The position numbers were made by a program, and so were the translations under genes. This document shows positions 54,965-64,000 of a stretch of DNA of 64,000 bases, in pieces. Each line of letters opens with the position of its first letter. Positions within the stretch are counted from its first letter, which is position 1. A model generated the notes under the pieces. The model did not search any database, was not told the DNA's origin, and was given only the letters and a program-made list of their open reading frames with translations. Source of the stretch: an uncultured virus (IMG/VR IMGVR_UViG_3300011334_000440) (lineage: Duplodnaviria; Heunggongvirae; Uroviricota; Caudoviricetes); IMG/VR virus record IMGVR_UViG_3300011334_000440, one strand, 5' to 3'.

Positions 54965-56527
54965 TCAACGATTTTGTCCTGATTCGTCATATTGTTTTCC
55001 CGGTGAAACCACGCTAGAGGGAAGATCGACTCCGGGAATGGTGTATCCCCGGGCTTTTAGGGTTGCCAAAATCTCTCGGGCCGGTCTGCCGTAGATAACG
55101 GCATTCGGGTCTCGGCGATACGCTTCGGCAATGGTGGCTATAGTGGAATCCAAAATTTGGGTTGGTTGATTTCTTGGGGTTATTGGAATGGAAGCGGTTC
55201 CCGATGTTCTGGGGGCTGTCCCTCCGGGAGCAGTTGCTACATTCGAAGAATCGTTGGGGATGAACTCGAGTTTCTTTATGTTCGGATTGGCCGGGGCTTC
55301 GGAGAGTGCTTTCCCGAGCATAGCTTGCATTGCGTTATAATCTCCACTCATTGCCCTAGTTAACATCTGATCGTAGTCAACAATTTCTTTTTGTTTGACT
55401 TTTGTTAACATCCCGGTTCTTCGGTCGATATCTCTATCGGTAAGGTTCATGTTGGGCATGGATCTCACAAAAGTTGCCCTCTTCTCTCCGGTGATCGGAT
55501 CGGTCGTCTCTACTCCTAAACTTGCGTTCTTCTGCACCAAGTTTTTTTGATCGACAGTAAATTTTGTTTTCATCTCGTCGAGATATGCTTGCTGACTGTC
55601 CTTAGTGATATCTTTTGCGAGACCACTAAGCTGATAGAAAGCGTCAGGATTCTCAATTCTGTCTTTCCAATTCGGAAACTGTTTCTTAATAACATCGTAT
55701 CTGGCTTGGTATTTTGGGTCGAGAATATTTCCAGCTGCTCCGTCAGAATTTAACTGTGTGATACCATTAAGTACTGCATCATCGCGTAGCTTTGCTAAGG
55801 CAGCATTTGTTTTAGCCACAGCCTCAGAAAATTTATTAACTGTAGTATCTGTCATACCAAGACTGGCAAACTGTGCCTCAATGTCATTTAGTGCCGCACT
55901 TACATCGTCAGGAGCCATACGATCAACGGGAAGATTTGATACCCTTACTAGAAGTGCGTCGGCTTGCGGTTTTTTTTGTCTATTAGCTACTAGGTCATCG
56001 ACCTTTCGTTTTCTTTCCTCGGCGATATCAAGCCTGTCGAGCATTGTCATTTTTGTTAGACTTGACAGAGCTGTATTGTCGAGTGCCGCTTCAGCCATGG
56101 CGATCTGGTCCGGATCCCCGGAATTCCTCGCATCTCGAATATAAGAATAGATTCTCCCCGACTCAGCATCTTCTTTATTCTTTCTGTCAATCTCGTCTAT
56201 CTTTTGTCGTTTTTCTTCTTGCGCGAGCTCAAATTGATCCGACGCTAAGCGATCGGCTGCGGCTTGACGCTGTCGATTGTAAGCAAGACTTTCCAATTCG
56301 CGTTGATTTTTTATACCCTCAAGTTCAATTCTTTGGCTATCGAGATCGGCTTGCCTGGCTTGATTATCTCTTTGAGCCGCAAGTTGAGCATACCCTAAGC
56401 TTACTTGAGCTGTCGCCTGTTGTTCTTGTTGAAACAACTGCTGCTTTTTTAAATAGTCCTCGCGAAGATCTCCAATGATTCCGCGGACCTGACTTACATA
56501 ATCCGGAGCGTTAGGTGAGAGAGCCAT
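54965..56527 (-). CDS. Putative internal virion (ejection) protein, coiled coil
   Basis: Q/A/R-rich helical protein directly upstream of the giant gene. Confidence 0.6.
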   Translation of the reverse strand: MALSPNAPDYVSQVRGIIGDLREDYLKKQQLFQQEQQATAQVSLGYAQLAAQRDNQARQADLDSQRIELEGIKNQRELESLAYNRQRQAAADRLASDQFELAQEEKRQKIDEIDRKNKEDAESGRIYSYIRDARNSGDPDQIAMAEAALDNTALSSLTKMTMLDRLDIAEERKRKVDDLVANRQKKPQADALLVRVSNLPVDRMAPDDVSAALNDIEAQFASLGMTDTTVNKFSEAVAKTNAALAKLRDDAVLNGITQLNSDGAAGNILDPKYQARYDVIKKQFPNWKDRIENPDAFYQLSGLAKDITKDSQQAYLDEMKTKFTVDQKNLVQKNASLGVETTDPITGEKRATFVRSMPNMNLTDRDIDRRTGMLTKVKQKEIVDYDQMLTRAMSGDYNAMQAMLGKALSEAPANPNIKKLEFIPNDSSNVATAPGGTAPRTSGTASIPITPRNQPTQILDSTIATIAEAYRRDPNAVIYGRPAREILATLKARGYTIPGVDLPSSVVSPGKQYDESGQNR

Positions 56528-56530
56528 TGC

Positions 56531-57532
56531 TTATCCCATTATTCCGAAAGGTGTTTGTCTTTGACCGGGGGCAAGAGGTCTAGTTGTGACTCTTGATCCC
56601 GGTTGATAACCAACGAAAGAACCAGTCTTAATATCGAACTGACCGGGCAGAGCTTGAGTCTGATAAGCATTAAGCAAGTTCTGGTTGGCAATCTGTTGAT
56701 TGACGGAGGCTTGGTTGGCCGCCGTATCAAATACACTGCCAACAGCAATCGGAGTCATAGCCTGCATCGCTTGTTGCGCCAACATGGAAGACTTACTCAA
56801 CAGATCCGCTCCTTGCTGCTGAACTTGCAATGAGCCCAATCCTAAATCACGGGCCAATAGATTGCGCCCAATTCCGGACCTACCACCAAGACCAGAGCTG
56901 AATCCAAGGGCCGCGGCTCCACGTCCAATCTGCCCAACCATATCACGAGAAAGTTGGCCAGTGGCCATCGTGGCTCCGGCTTGCGATAGTGCTCGTGTTC
57001 CGGCTTCAGTCTGCGGGGCGAACTGTCTATACTGTTCCGCAAAAGGTTTGTTAGCTTCCATGGCTCTCTTGCCCATCTCTTCATAGTTAAGATTCAAGTC
57101 CGTTAAGGTTGGGGCTGGTCCCAAATAAAACTCTAAAGGTGCGGGTTGTCCCATAGAAATTGCTCCACCACCTCCTCCTCCGCCACCGCCCCCTCCGCTC
57201 CTCGGTCTGCTCCCTCCGCTAATCCCGCTTGGATTATCTCGTTGAGAGGCCGCCGCTCGTGCAGTAGCAATTCCGGGTCCAGTATATGTTTTATTGAAAG
57301 CGTCTTGTTGCGCCCTCCATTCGTTCCAATTTTGGCCTGGAGCGCGGGGAATTTCTCCGTAGGACATACTTGCTGGATTCCTAGATTCTTGTAACGAACG
57401 GTCATATGAGTATTGTTCATAGGATTTACCTGAACCCATGAAATTGCCGCTAGGACGATTGGTTGCCCCGGAAGATCCCCCGGAATAACCTTTCGCAGCA
57501 TTCGCAAAAATTGAACTATAATCAGTCGCCAT
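56531..57532 (-). CDS. Putative internal virion (pilot/ejection) protein, Gly/Gln/Ala-rich
   Basis: Low-complexity N-terminus, poly-Gly linker; synteny with podovirus ejection genes. Confidence 0.55.
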   Translation of the reverse strand: MATDYSSIFANAAKGYSGGSSGATNRPSGNFMGSGKSYEQYSYDRSLQESRNPASMSYGEIPRAPGQNWNEWRAQQDAFNKTYTGPGIATARAAASQRDNPSGISGGSRPRSGGGGGGGGGGGAISMGQPAPLEFYLGPAPTLTDLNLNYEEMGKRAMEANKPFAEQYRQFAPQTEAGTRALSQAGATMATGQLSRDMVGQIGRGAAALGFSSGLGGRSGIGRNLLARDLGLGSLQVQQQGADLLSKSSMLAQQAMQAMTPIAVGSVFDTAANQASVNQQIANQNLLNAYQTQALPGQFDIKTGSFVGYQPGSRVTTRPLAPGQRQTPFGIMG

Positions 57533-57535
57533 AAA

Positions 57536-58777
57536 TTATGCCATCGCGGGGACTTCACCCATCGCGAATGCCTCCATTTGAATCTGGGGTCTGCCAATGT
57601 TAGCTCCTTCGACCTCTTTGAGTTCTTCACGCAAGAGTTCGACAGCCTTCTCCTCGTACTTCATGGCTTCGTCCAGGTTATTGTTTTCTTCTTTTTCGAT
57701 GGCTATCGCCATCATCTTTAAAGCTCCTAAATTGGTCACGATCAAATCGTCGTCATCGGTAATCACGGGGATAAACTTACGCTTCGCAAGCACGGTCACG
57801 GTAACACCTTCTTCTCTTTCATGACCAGGAATTGCATATCGTCGATACTGGGGCAACGTCTCGTCGGGCGCAAGTATGGCGATACAGTATTCAGCGCCCG
57901 TGGTCGGATCGACTGCATAGACGCGGACCCAACCTTTCGTTGCAGTTTTGTTTATTGCATCGATGGATCGGAAAGCATTAACTGTGGTGCGGGGGAGTTC
58001 TGTGAAAGTTCCATAATCCCAAACAGATAACCATGGGTAAGCGGCAGTAGTGCCAAGACTTACATCTTCGCTATAAAGTCCCGTATAAACACTACTAGTA
58101 ATATACCAAGTCAACCCAGGATCGACAGCCATCGTGACTTCATCGGTAGGATCTTGCTGGTTTATAAATTTATATTTTGGATAACCATTTTGCGTGCCAA
58201 TCCAAAAATAAACTCCATTGTAGGGAGCTCTTCCCCCAGTTAAACCAGAAACCAACACGCTGGAATTACCAGACCCAGCACTCAAGTTCAAACGCTCACC
58301 ATCAATGTAAGCTCCATTTTCCTGAGTCTGGACTCGGTTGTTGTAGGTATCCGATCCACGGAACAAAATGGTTGAGGTAGCGTCTTCAATTAGGTCAGTA
58401 TATACGCGGATATATTTTTGAGACTCAATCGAACGAAAGCATGGTACATAACCCCTGTCTTGCAATTGTCTCCACGCCCCGGCGGGGGACATTCCCGGAC
58501 CATTAGCCATAAACTCATACCACTGGTTATAAACTTGGGCGGCCGCGCCGTCGTAGTTATATCCCAAAATAGTTTCAAACTCGCGGGGCAACGTAATACA
58601 TCCACCATAAACGCAAACGGAATAACGCCCATAAGTTCCGGCGTACAATCCCTTATTGAGTAAACGTTCTTGGGCTTCGTTGGTGCGTGCGAGCAACTGA
58701 GGATCAGTCGCGCACATCCCGTTCTGGGTAACGCGGGCCAGTTGTTCTTTAACCGATCCGTAAGTACGACGGATCAT
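57536..58777 (-). CDS. Putative tail adaptor (tail tubular protein A-like)
   Basis: N-terminal helices '...NEAQERL', C-terminal 'A...EE.A...L..E' pattern; tail gene context. Confidence 0.5.
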   Translation of the reverse strand: MIRRTYGSVKEQLARVTQNGMCATDPQLLARTNEAQERLLNKGLYAGTYGRYSVCVYGGCITLPREFETILGYNYDGAAAQVYNQWYEFMANGPGMSPAGAWRQLQDRGYVPCFRSIESQKYIRVYTDLIEDATSTILFRGSDTYNNRVQTQENGAYIDGERLNLSAGSGNSSVLVSGLTGGRAPYNGVYFWIGTQNGYPKYKFINQQDPTDEVTMAVDPGLTWYITSSVYTGLYSEDVSLGTTAAYPWLSVWDYGTFTELPRTTVNAFRSIDAINKTATKGWVRVYAVDPTTGAEYCIAILAPDETLPQYRRYAIPGHEREEGVTVTVLAKRKFIPVITDDDDLIVTNLGALKMMAIAIEKEENNNLDEAMKYEEKAVELLREELKEVEGANIGRPQIQMEAFAMGEVPAMA

Positions 58778-59199
58778 TCGTAATACCCCACGTATACCTT
58801 ATACTGCGCGTTTGTCGGAGCTACGGGAAGTGTCGGGGTCAATCTTGTAATCCCGTCCACAACATAAGTTGTATTTCCGATCCCCCAAGGTGACGAAACT
58901 GTGGCGTTGGCGTCAGTTAAAACGATATCACCAAAATTAAAAGGTGAGAATTCTTTCCACGAGCCCTCAGTATAAAGTCTTATTGCTTTTGGGAATCCCG
59001 CAACTCCGGCTTCTGTTTGAAACCAAACCTTATCATTGTCTTGCGAAGACGGGGTAGCACCAGAAACAACAACTGAACTAAGATTTGAGCCTGCATTTAC
59101 AGAGAGATATGACTGCAATAGTTGCAACAGACCCTGCATATTGGCGGGATATCCGGTGTTCTGGGGGACGGTACCAGCGGATATTGTGTAAACGGCCAT
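58774..59199 (-). CDS. Tail-associated protein, paralogue 1
   Basis: Colinear similarity with 59233-59685. Confidence 0.6.
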   Translation of the reverse strand: MAVYTISAGTVPQNTGYPANMQGLLQLLQSYLSVNAGSNLSSVVVSGATPSSQDNDKVWFQTEAGVAGFPKAIRLYTEGSWKEFSPFNFGDIVLTDANATVSSPWGIGNTTYVVDGITRLTPTLPVAPTNAQYKVYVGYYE

Positions 59200-59208
59200 A
59201 GCTTAATT

Positions 59209-59236
59209 AGATTAACGTGTTGCTATTTTGTGTCAA
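59209..59236 (-). promoter_or_regulatory. Promoter TTGACA-N16-TAATCT, 9 nt before ATG 59199
   Basis: Near-consensus boxes; -35 overlaps upstream stop codon. Confidence 0.6.
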
Positions 59237-59685
59237 CTCTTTGAATCCCAATACCCAATATATGTTTTATACTTAAGTCCGTCTGGCGGGGTGGGGGCTG
59301 CGGTTGGGGTATAATTTGGTAGACCCGTGTCTAGGGGAAAGCTGTAGGTAAATCCTTCCTCACCCCAAGGCGGGGATATAACTGCTTCTGCCGAAACAAG
59401 AATCCTATCTCCTTGGGACAATTGAGCGAATTCCCTCCACTCCCCATTCACATATGATCTTACTACTTTTGGCTCTCCGTATCCGGATACAGACTGTTTT
59501 GTTTGGAACCACAACCTCCCCTGATTCGTAGCTATTGGGGCCAAATCACTAACAGTATAAGACTGCGGGTTGCCGGGAATATTAAGCGTTGTGTAACCAG
59601 CGACAAGATTCAAGAGGGGCTGAATTGTAGGAGGGTAACACGTATTTGCCGGCACGGTTGCCATAGTTAGGGGATATTCGTTCAT
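59233..59685 (-). CDS. Tail-associated protein, paralogue 2
   Basis: Colinear similarity with 58774-59199. Confidence 0.6.
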   Translation of the reverse strand: MNEYPLTMATVPANTCYPPTIQPLLNLVAGYTTLNIPGNPQSYTVSDLAPIATNQGRLWFQTKQSVSGYGEPKVVRSYVNGEWREFAQLSQGDRILVSAEAVISPPWGEEGFTYSFPLDTGLPNYTPTAAPTPPDGLKYKTYIGYWDSKS

Positions 59686-59702
59686 AAATTAGACTATAAT
59701 GT

Positions 59703-60392
59703 TTAGATTTCTGCTGCAAGAAGTTTCCAGTTTCTTTGGGATCCGCTAACACATACACTTACCTCTTTTGGAGTATATCTTAGCCCATCTGGACCTATAA
59801 TTTCTGGACCGGCTTGGTAAAAAGTTTCCTGTCCTCCGCCAAGACCTAATATTAAATGAGTTTCGTTTAAAGTTACTCCCCCAATGCTACCATCCAATTT
59901 TAATTCTGTTGGTGTGATAGACCACTCATCGTTTCCTGATTTACCTTTTAATCCTGTTATGCCGTCTTTTAAAAAAATCCCATCACCACTCGCGTTTGCT
60001 ACAGTATCAAACCAGTTAATACTGCCTATTGCACCACCATTACAATCAGTACATCCAGAGGCTACTTTGCTGGCGAACAAAAGTGGTGGTTCTGGGTAAT
60101 TATCGGCTTCAGGTGGAACGCATTGCTTACAAAAGTTAGAACTCGCTCCGCTTACGGGTACAGGAGCTGGCCCTGGGGCTACAACTTCGGGGGTCGGAAC
60201 TTCTGGATTGCTTCCCGGGGGTGGCGTCGGATCTGGGGGAGTTACGGTTGGAGCATTATTGACTGGTCCAAATTTTTGTGGAGCTACGACGCGATTAAAC
60301 CCAGGCAAAATAAGAAGATCTACGGTTCCTCCACCAAAACCCGGTAAACCGGAAGGAAGCGGATCTCCAGAATACTCCAATCTATCAGACAT
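59703..60392 (-). CDS. Hypothetical tail-region protein with Pro-rich linker and CxxC pairs
   Basis: PTVTPPDPTPPPG...; CKQC, CTDC. Confidence 0.55.
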   Translation of the reverse strand: MSDRLEYSGDPLPSGLPGFGGGTVDLLILPGFNRVVAPQKFGPVNNAPTVTPPDPTPPPGSNPEVPTPEVVAPGPAPVPVSGASSNFCKQCVPPEADNYPEPPLLFASKVASGCTDCNGGAIGSINWFDTVANASGDGIFLKDGITGLKGKSGNDEWSITPTELKLDGSIGGVTLNETHLILGLGGGQETFYQAGPEIIGPDGLRYTPKEVSVCVSGSQRNWKLLAAEI

Positions 60393-60393
60393 A

Positions 60394-62328
60394 TTAACAT
60401 TCTCCTAGGTCGCTGATATCTTTCCTAGAAGCATGGAATTTAAAAATCGCAAGTTTTGCGTATCCAATCCAAGATACTCTAGGCTGAAACAAATAACCGA
60501 ATCGGGCTTTCCTAGATACACCGATCACACAGGAATCTGATGGCTTTACTGTGCGAATCGTCCTATACCCCAGACCAAGATCGGGCGGAGAACACGAATC
60601 TAATTCATTTGTTTGCGTGTCGAAATCAATAGTCCCGCTTTGGATTGGGAAATAAGACGGATAATAATCTGGAGTAAAATCGAGAGCCCAAGAAACAGAC
60701 CCGTAAATATCTGAAAAACTAATATCAGCTCGGACTAGTTCTTTAATTTCGTCCGGGGATTGAAAAGCCATTCTTCGGCATTCAACTTGGGCGGATACGG
60801 GAATAGAGGTTGTTCCATTCTGTCCATCTGGAACAGTGTCTGAATAGTCATCTGTAGTGATTTCATACAATGCATTGTTTCCATCAGAGCCGCAGACTAA
60901 AGCAAAAGCTCTGCGGACTCCTTCAAAGTTGCCGACAACAAATTTACAAACCTGCAACCCAGTCCACTCTCCATCATAAACCGGTGGATAGTTTCCTTCA
61001 TACACTCCTGGATTAAAATCCTGCGTTATAATTTTTGTAAAGACAATGTTGTAAGAGGAAGAACTTCCGTTCACTTTTTGAATTTTGGGGGTGCAGGCAT
61101 ATAATGCTCTGTAATCAAAATAAGCGGCTGTTGATAAATTCACCCACCGCTCAGTATCATAATTAATGACTCGATCGGCCTCAACGCTGTCAACAAGGGT
61201 TACGTTAGCACTTTTTGAAAATTGTATAGTTTGAACTAGTGATCGAATACCATCCATCGACCGGAAATAAACATCGTTATTTGTAACAACCATACAATCT
61301 GGGGAAGCGCCTCCCCCGTTGAGAAACATTTTTCTTTGCATTCCGGGGGTAGATTGCCAAAGTGTTCTATCGAAAATATTTGCCCGAATAGCGGAAACCT
61401 CATTTTTTGTAAATACAATCAAGTCTCCTTGTCCGGTCGAGGTGTCTGATCCGGGTAGAAAGGTAAGACCCGTGATCTCCGAGTCAAAGGAAAAGCTTCC
61501 TCCGCCGCTTAAATACTGTGTTTCCGAGAAGCGCACTTCAGATCCTTGATAGCTTCCAGCTAAATCTCCAGCGAATAATTGATTTCCATTGGCTACCCAC
61601 AATCGACCATTCCCAAAAGCCATGATGTTACCAACTGGAATTGCCACATTTACTTGAAGGGGGCCCGGGGGAAAAAATTTGACCGTTGCGAGTGCAGTTA
61701 AAGTGCAATTTTTGCTGAGTGTAATTGCAGTAGAAGTATCAACTGAAACAATAACTGTATTGTCTTGAATCCCTCTGGCCGCCTGTACTAGCATTCCCGG
61801 GAATAACCCAGCCGTCGAAGATACATTGACTCTTGGGTTATTTATACCCATCGTAATTTCAAGCTCCACGTAAGAGGCTAATTCTTCTAATATATTCTTT
61901 GATCGGAAAGAACTAGCTCCTGTGTAAACAATCGCTGGATTTACGCCGTCCTGAGTTACTAGATAATTATTTGCTGAAATCATTGATGCTCGTCTTGATA
62001 CATAATTATTTGTTTCTTCCGCTGGAGTAATATCAAGAACAGCTGCACTCGATTCTGTTGCTTGAACATTGTACAATCGCCCATCAATGAATGCTACTAA
62101 CTCTTCGGTGGATGGAGTTTTAAAATAAGAAGCCGCCTGAATGACGCCATTGGGTAGGGCTTTCACAAATCGAAATCCAGGACGTGTTTTTGGGTATCCC
62201 CCACGAACACATACATTTACCCCCCAGGAATATTGATTTGGCGGGAGAAGGGCGGGATCAACGCTAGAATTCGCACCACCGATGAAGGTGGCGATACCTT
62301 CCATCAGGCGATTTGGATCGTTGATCAT
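60394..62328 (-). CDS. Tail nozzle/stabilisation protein (P22 gp10 / tail tubular B-like)
   Basis: F.GG.N...P..LP....N......G....RPG N-terminus, beta-propeller-like composition, GRLWVA. Confidence 0.65.
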   Translation of the reverse strand: MINDPNRLMEGIATFIGGANSSVDPALLPPNQYSWGVNVCVRGGYPKTRPGFRFVKALPNGVIQAASYFKTPSTEELVAFIDGRLYNVQATESSAAVLDITPAEETNNYVSRRASMISANNYLVTQDGVNPAIVYTGASSFRSKNILEELASYVELEITMGINNPRVNVSSTAGLFPGMLVQAARGIQDNTVIVSVDTSTAITLSKNCTLTALATVKFFPPGPLQVNVAIPVGNIMAFGNGRLWVANGNQLFAGDLAGSYQGSEVRFSETQYLSGGGSFSFDSEITGLTFLPGSDTSTGQGDLIVFTKNEVSAIRANIFDRTLWQSTPGMQRKMFLNGGGASPDCMVVTNNDVYFRSMDGIRSLVQTIQFSKSANVTLVDSVEADRVINYDTERWVNLSTAAYFDYRALYACTPKIQKVNGSSSSYNIVFTKIITQDFNPGVYEGNYPPVYDGEWTGLQVCKFVVGNFEGVRRAFALVCGSDGNNALYEITTDDYSDTVPDGQNGTTSIPVSAQVECRRMAFQSPDEIKELVRADISFSDIYGSVSWALDFTPDYYPSYFPIQSGTIDFDTQTNELDSCSPPDLGLGYRTIRTVKPSDSCVIGVSRKARFGYLFQPRVSWIGYAKLAIFKFHASRKDISDLGEC

Positions 62329-63998
62329 GAGGACGCAATTGCTTTGGTTACCAGTACCCCCACATTATAAACTTGAGCGGTCCCAACTGCGTTAGATGTT
62401 CCGTTTGAAATTACAACCGTAACTACATCTGCCGCGCTTACATATCCAAACAATGTGGTATAAGTTGGATTATTGGCTGGAACACTGGTATATGTCACTT
62501 GCACAAAATCGCCAACCTCGGCGTCTGTTACGGATATGGTAAAAGAATTTACCGAATTAGCGCCGGGGTCAATTGAGCTGGAGGCTCCTGTTGCGTATTT
62601 AAATTTTGTTAGGGTGGCATTTGAATCCCCCGCGGCAGCAATACGAAACCCTGAGTCTGATTGAGTAATGCCAACAACATCTAAGGCTGTAGCGGGAGAA
62701 GCTATATTGATGCCCACTTTATGATTCGTAGTATCTACAATGAAATTATCTGAAGATACAGTGAGATCTCCAGAGATATTTGCATCTCCCGTGACGTCTA
62801 AAGCGGCTGTTGGGTTTTCCGTATTTACTCCAAGACCAACTCCAGGTTTTGCATATAATAAAGTTCCTACATTTACATTGCCCGTAAAAGCGGCCGTACC
62901 ATTTACATCTAAAGTTTTAGAGGGCGTGGAATCATTGATTCCAACTCTAGTATTAGTTGTATCAACTTGTAATACACCGCCCGCGACTGACACATCCCCA
63001 GATACGCCGAGGGTTGTCAGGGCAGAAGCTCCGCTAACAGCTAAATCTCCGGTCACATCTAGGGCAACGGTGGGGGTTGTTTTATTAATGCCAACAAAAT
63101 TTCCGGATACGTCCACTTTAAGAACATTTGTATCAACTGATAGATTTCCACTAATTGCTGTAGCCCCAACAACATCAAGAGCAACTGTTGGGGTTGTTTT
63201 ATTAATGCCAACAAAGTTTCCGGTTGTATCGACTTTAAGAACGTTTGTATCAACAGCTAGGTCTCCGCTAATCGATGTAGCTCCCGTGACATCCAGCTCG
63301 ACTGTTGGCGATGCTGTTTTAATTCCAACACGGTTTGTAGTAGCGTTGACAATCAGGGGGACTCCGCTTGATGCCCCAAGAACTTTCAAAACTTCTACCC
63401 CGTTCGCTCCGCTTGGATTAACGAGCAGAGTTGTCGTTTGAGCCGCTCCGTTAACGTGAAGTAATTTGGCTGGGGCATTTGTTCCAACCCCAACCCTACC
63501 GGTTGCACCATCTACAACAAAAGTTTGATCGGATATAGAAGACTCAACAACAAAATCAGCACTACTTCCTGAAGAATTGACGGTTGCGCCAACCGTGAAC
63601 TCAGCGGTCTGCTGGGCTCTAAAAGTTCCATTAACGTCCAAAGAAGTTTGTGGAGAGCTGGTAAGAACACCAACTCTGTCTGAACTACCCTCTGTAAATA
63701 GTAAGTATTGTTGTCCGTTTCCTTCTACCCTAAAATCAAACGAGCCACTATTTTCGTTGACCGTTACATTCCCGTTTAATTGTGAAGGTCCGTTTACTGT
63801 TAATTGGGTGAGTGGATCCGAATACGTGGCGGAAGCGGATGGAGAAACCTTCAAACCAGAGTCAACTGTTTCGCCCTCATTTATCCCGTCTGTTCTTACC
63901 AGATCAGTATTTACTTCGTTTGTTCCGCCTAAAGAATTTACTGTATAAAACCCTGCCCCAGAAATATAAATTGTCTGCCCGACGGCAATCCACGCACT
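62325..63998 (-). CDS. Tail fibre protein (5' truncated; frame open to window end)
   Basis: Multiple VGI...P...LDV.G repeats; upstream of the track's TTG the frame reads SAWIAVGQTIYISGAGFYTV... without stops. Confidence 0.85.
   Translation of the reverse strand, partial: SAWIAVGQTIYISGAGFYTVNSLGGTNEVNTDLVRTDGINEGETVDSGLKVSPSASATYSDPLTQLTVNGPSQLNGNVTVNENSGSFDFRVEGNGQQYLLFTEGSSDRVGVLTSSPQTSLDVNGTFRAQQTAEFTVGATVNSSGSSADFVVESSISDQTFVVDGATGRVGVGTNAPAKLLHVNGAAQTTTLLVNPSGANGVEVLKVLGASSGVPLIVNATTNRVGIKTASPTVELDVTGATSISGDLAVDTNVLKVDTTGNFVGINKTTPTVALDVVGATAISGNLSVDTNVLKVDVSGNFVGINKTTPTVALDVTGDLAVSGASALTTLGVSGDVSVAGGVLQVDTTNTRVGINDSTPSKTLDVNGTAAFTGNVNVGTLLYAKPGVGLGVNTENPTAALDVTGDANISGDLTVSSDNFIVDTTNHKVGINIASPATALDVVGITQSDSGFRIAAAGDSNATLTKFKYATGASSSIDPGANSVNSFTISVTDAEVGDFVQVTYTSVPANNPTYTTLFGYVSAADVVTVVISNGTSNAVGTAQVYNVGVLVTKAIASS
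63040..63290. repeat. 117-bp (39-aa) tandem repeat units in the tail fibre
   Basis: GGGGTTGTTTTATTAATGCCAACAAA and ACTTTAAGAAC.TTTGTATCAAC recur at 117-bp spacing. Confidence 0.85.
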
Positions 63999-64000
63999 CT

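Larger units (their letters stand above)
1..64000. mobile_element. Tailed dsDNA bacteriophage genome segment (podovirus-like), probably Gram-negative host
   Basis: TerL-portal-scaffold-capsid block, PolA/primase/helicase block, tail and giant internal virion proteins, lysis cassette with a spanin-like lipoprotein; no tape measure, sheath or host housekeeping genes recognised. Confidence 0.97.

Noticed and set aside
57164..57198. Poly-Gly coding tract as a G-quadruplex or contingency locus
   Set aside because: Mixed GGN codons encoding a linker; not a pure repeat
44569..63948. Numerous plus-strand ORFs opposite the structural genes
   Set aside because: Antisense shadows of long minus-strand genes without start signals or motifs
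62325..64000. Diversity-generating retroelement acting on the tail fibre
   Set aside because: No reverse transcriptase; repeat differences are not adenine-specific and are in-frame coding units
1..64000. Alternative genetic code, tRNAs, integrase/att sites, introns or inteins
   Set aside because: Core genes are intact under the standard code with normal lengths; no cloverleaf, recombinase or splicing motifs noticed by eye (a tRNAscan/Infernal run would be needed to exclude them)

Overview
The whole window is part of one double-stranded DNA tailed phage genome with podovirus-like organisation. No host genes, integrase, RNA polymerase, tRNA or CRISPR array were recognised, and the genes at both edges are truncated. 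From left to right: (i) minus strand 1-10.8 kb, lysis genes (signal-peptide CHAP endolysin, holin-like proteins, candidate unimolecular spanin), a LamG-like protein, major capsid, scaffold, portal and terminase large subunit; (ii) plus strand 10.9-20.1 kb, replication (Hjc-type resolvase, SF2 helicase, split Cas4-like nuclease, putative SSB, family A DNA polymerase, primase-SF3 helicase); (iii) 20.1-26.3 kb, accessory genes (3D-domain protein, HtrA-like protease, methyltransferase, two glycosyltransferases, dCMP deaminase) around a G-tract repeat region that looks like an origin; (iv) a solitary terminase small subunit and a plus-strand 'early' region of small ORFs (26.4-40 kb) with rIIA/rIIB-like, GP88-like, HhH-glycosylase-like and histone-like genes; (v) minus strand 40.1-64 kb, a cluster of tiny basic proteins, a GH73 muramidase, a 3706-aa internal virion protein, and tail genes. 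Best leads: the giant virion protein with an SF2 helicase, a zincin-like motif and a possible ECF-sigma-like module; twin hairpins with identical 15-nt loops in the capsid mRNA leader; a repeated double-hairpin element in the early region; six tiny basic proteins sharing a (G/P)LGK terminal motif; a candidate histone-fold protein; and many promoters that imply leaderless mRNAs. All protein assignments come from motif recognition by eye, not from database searches.
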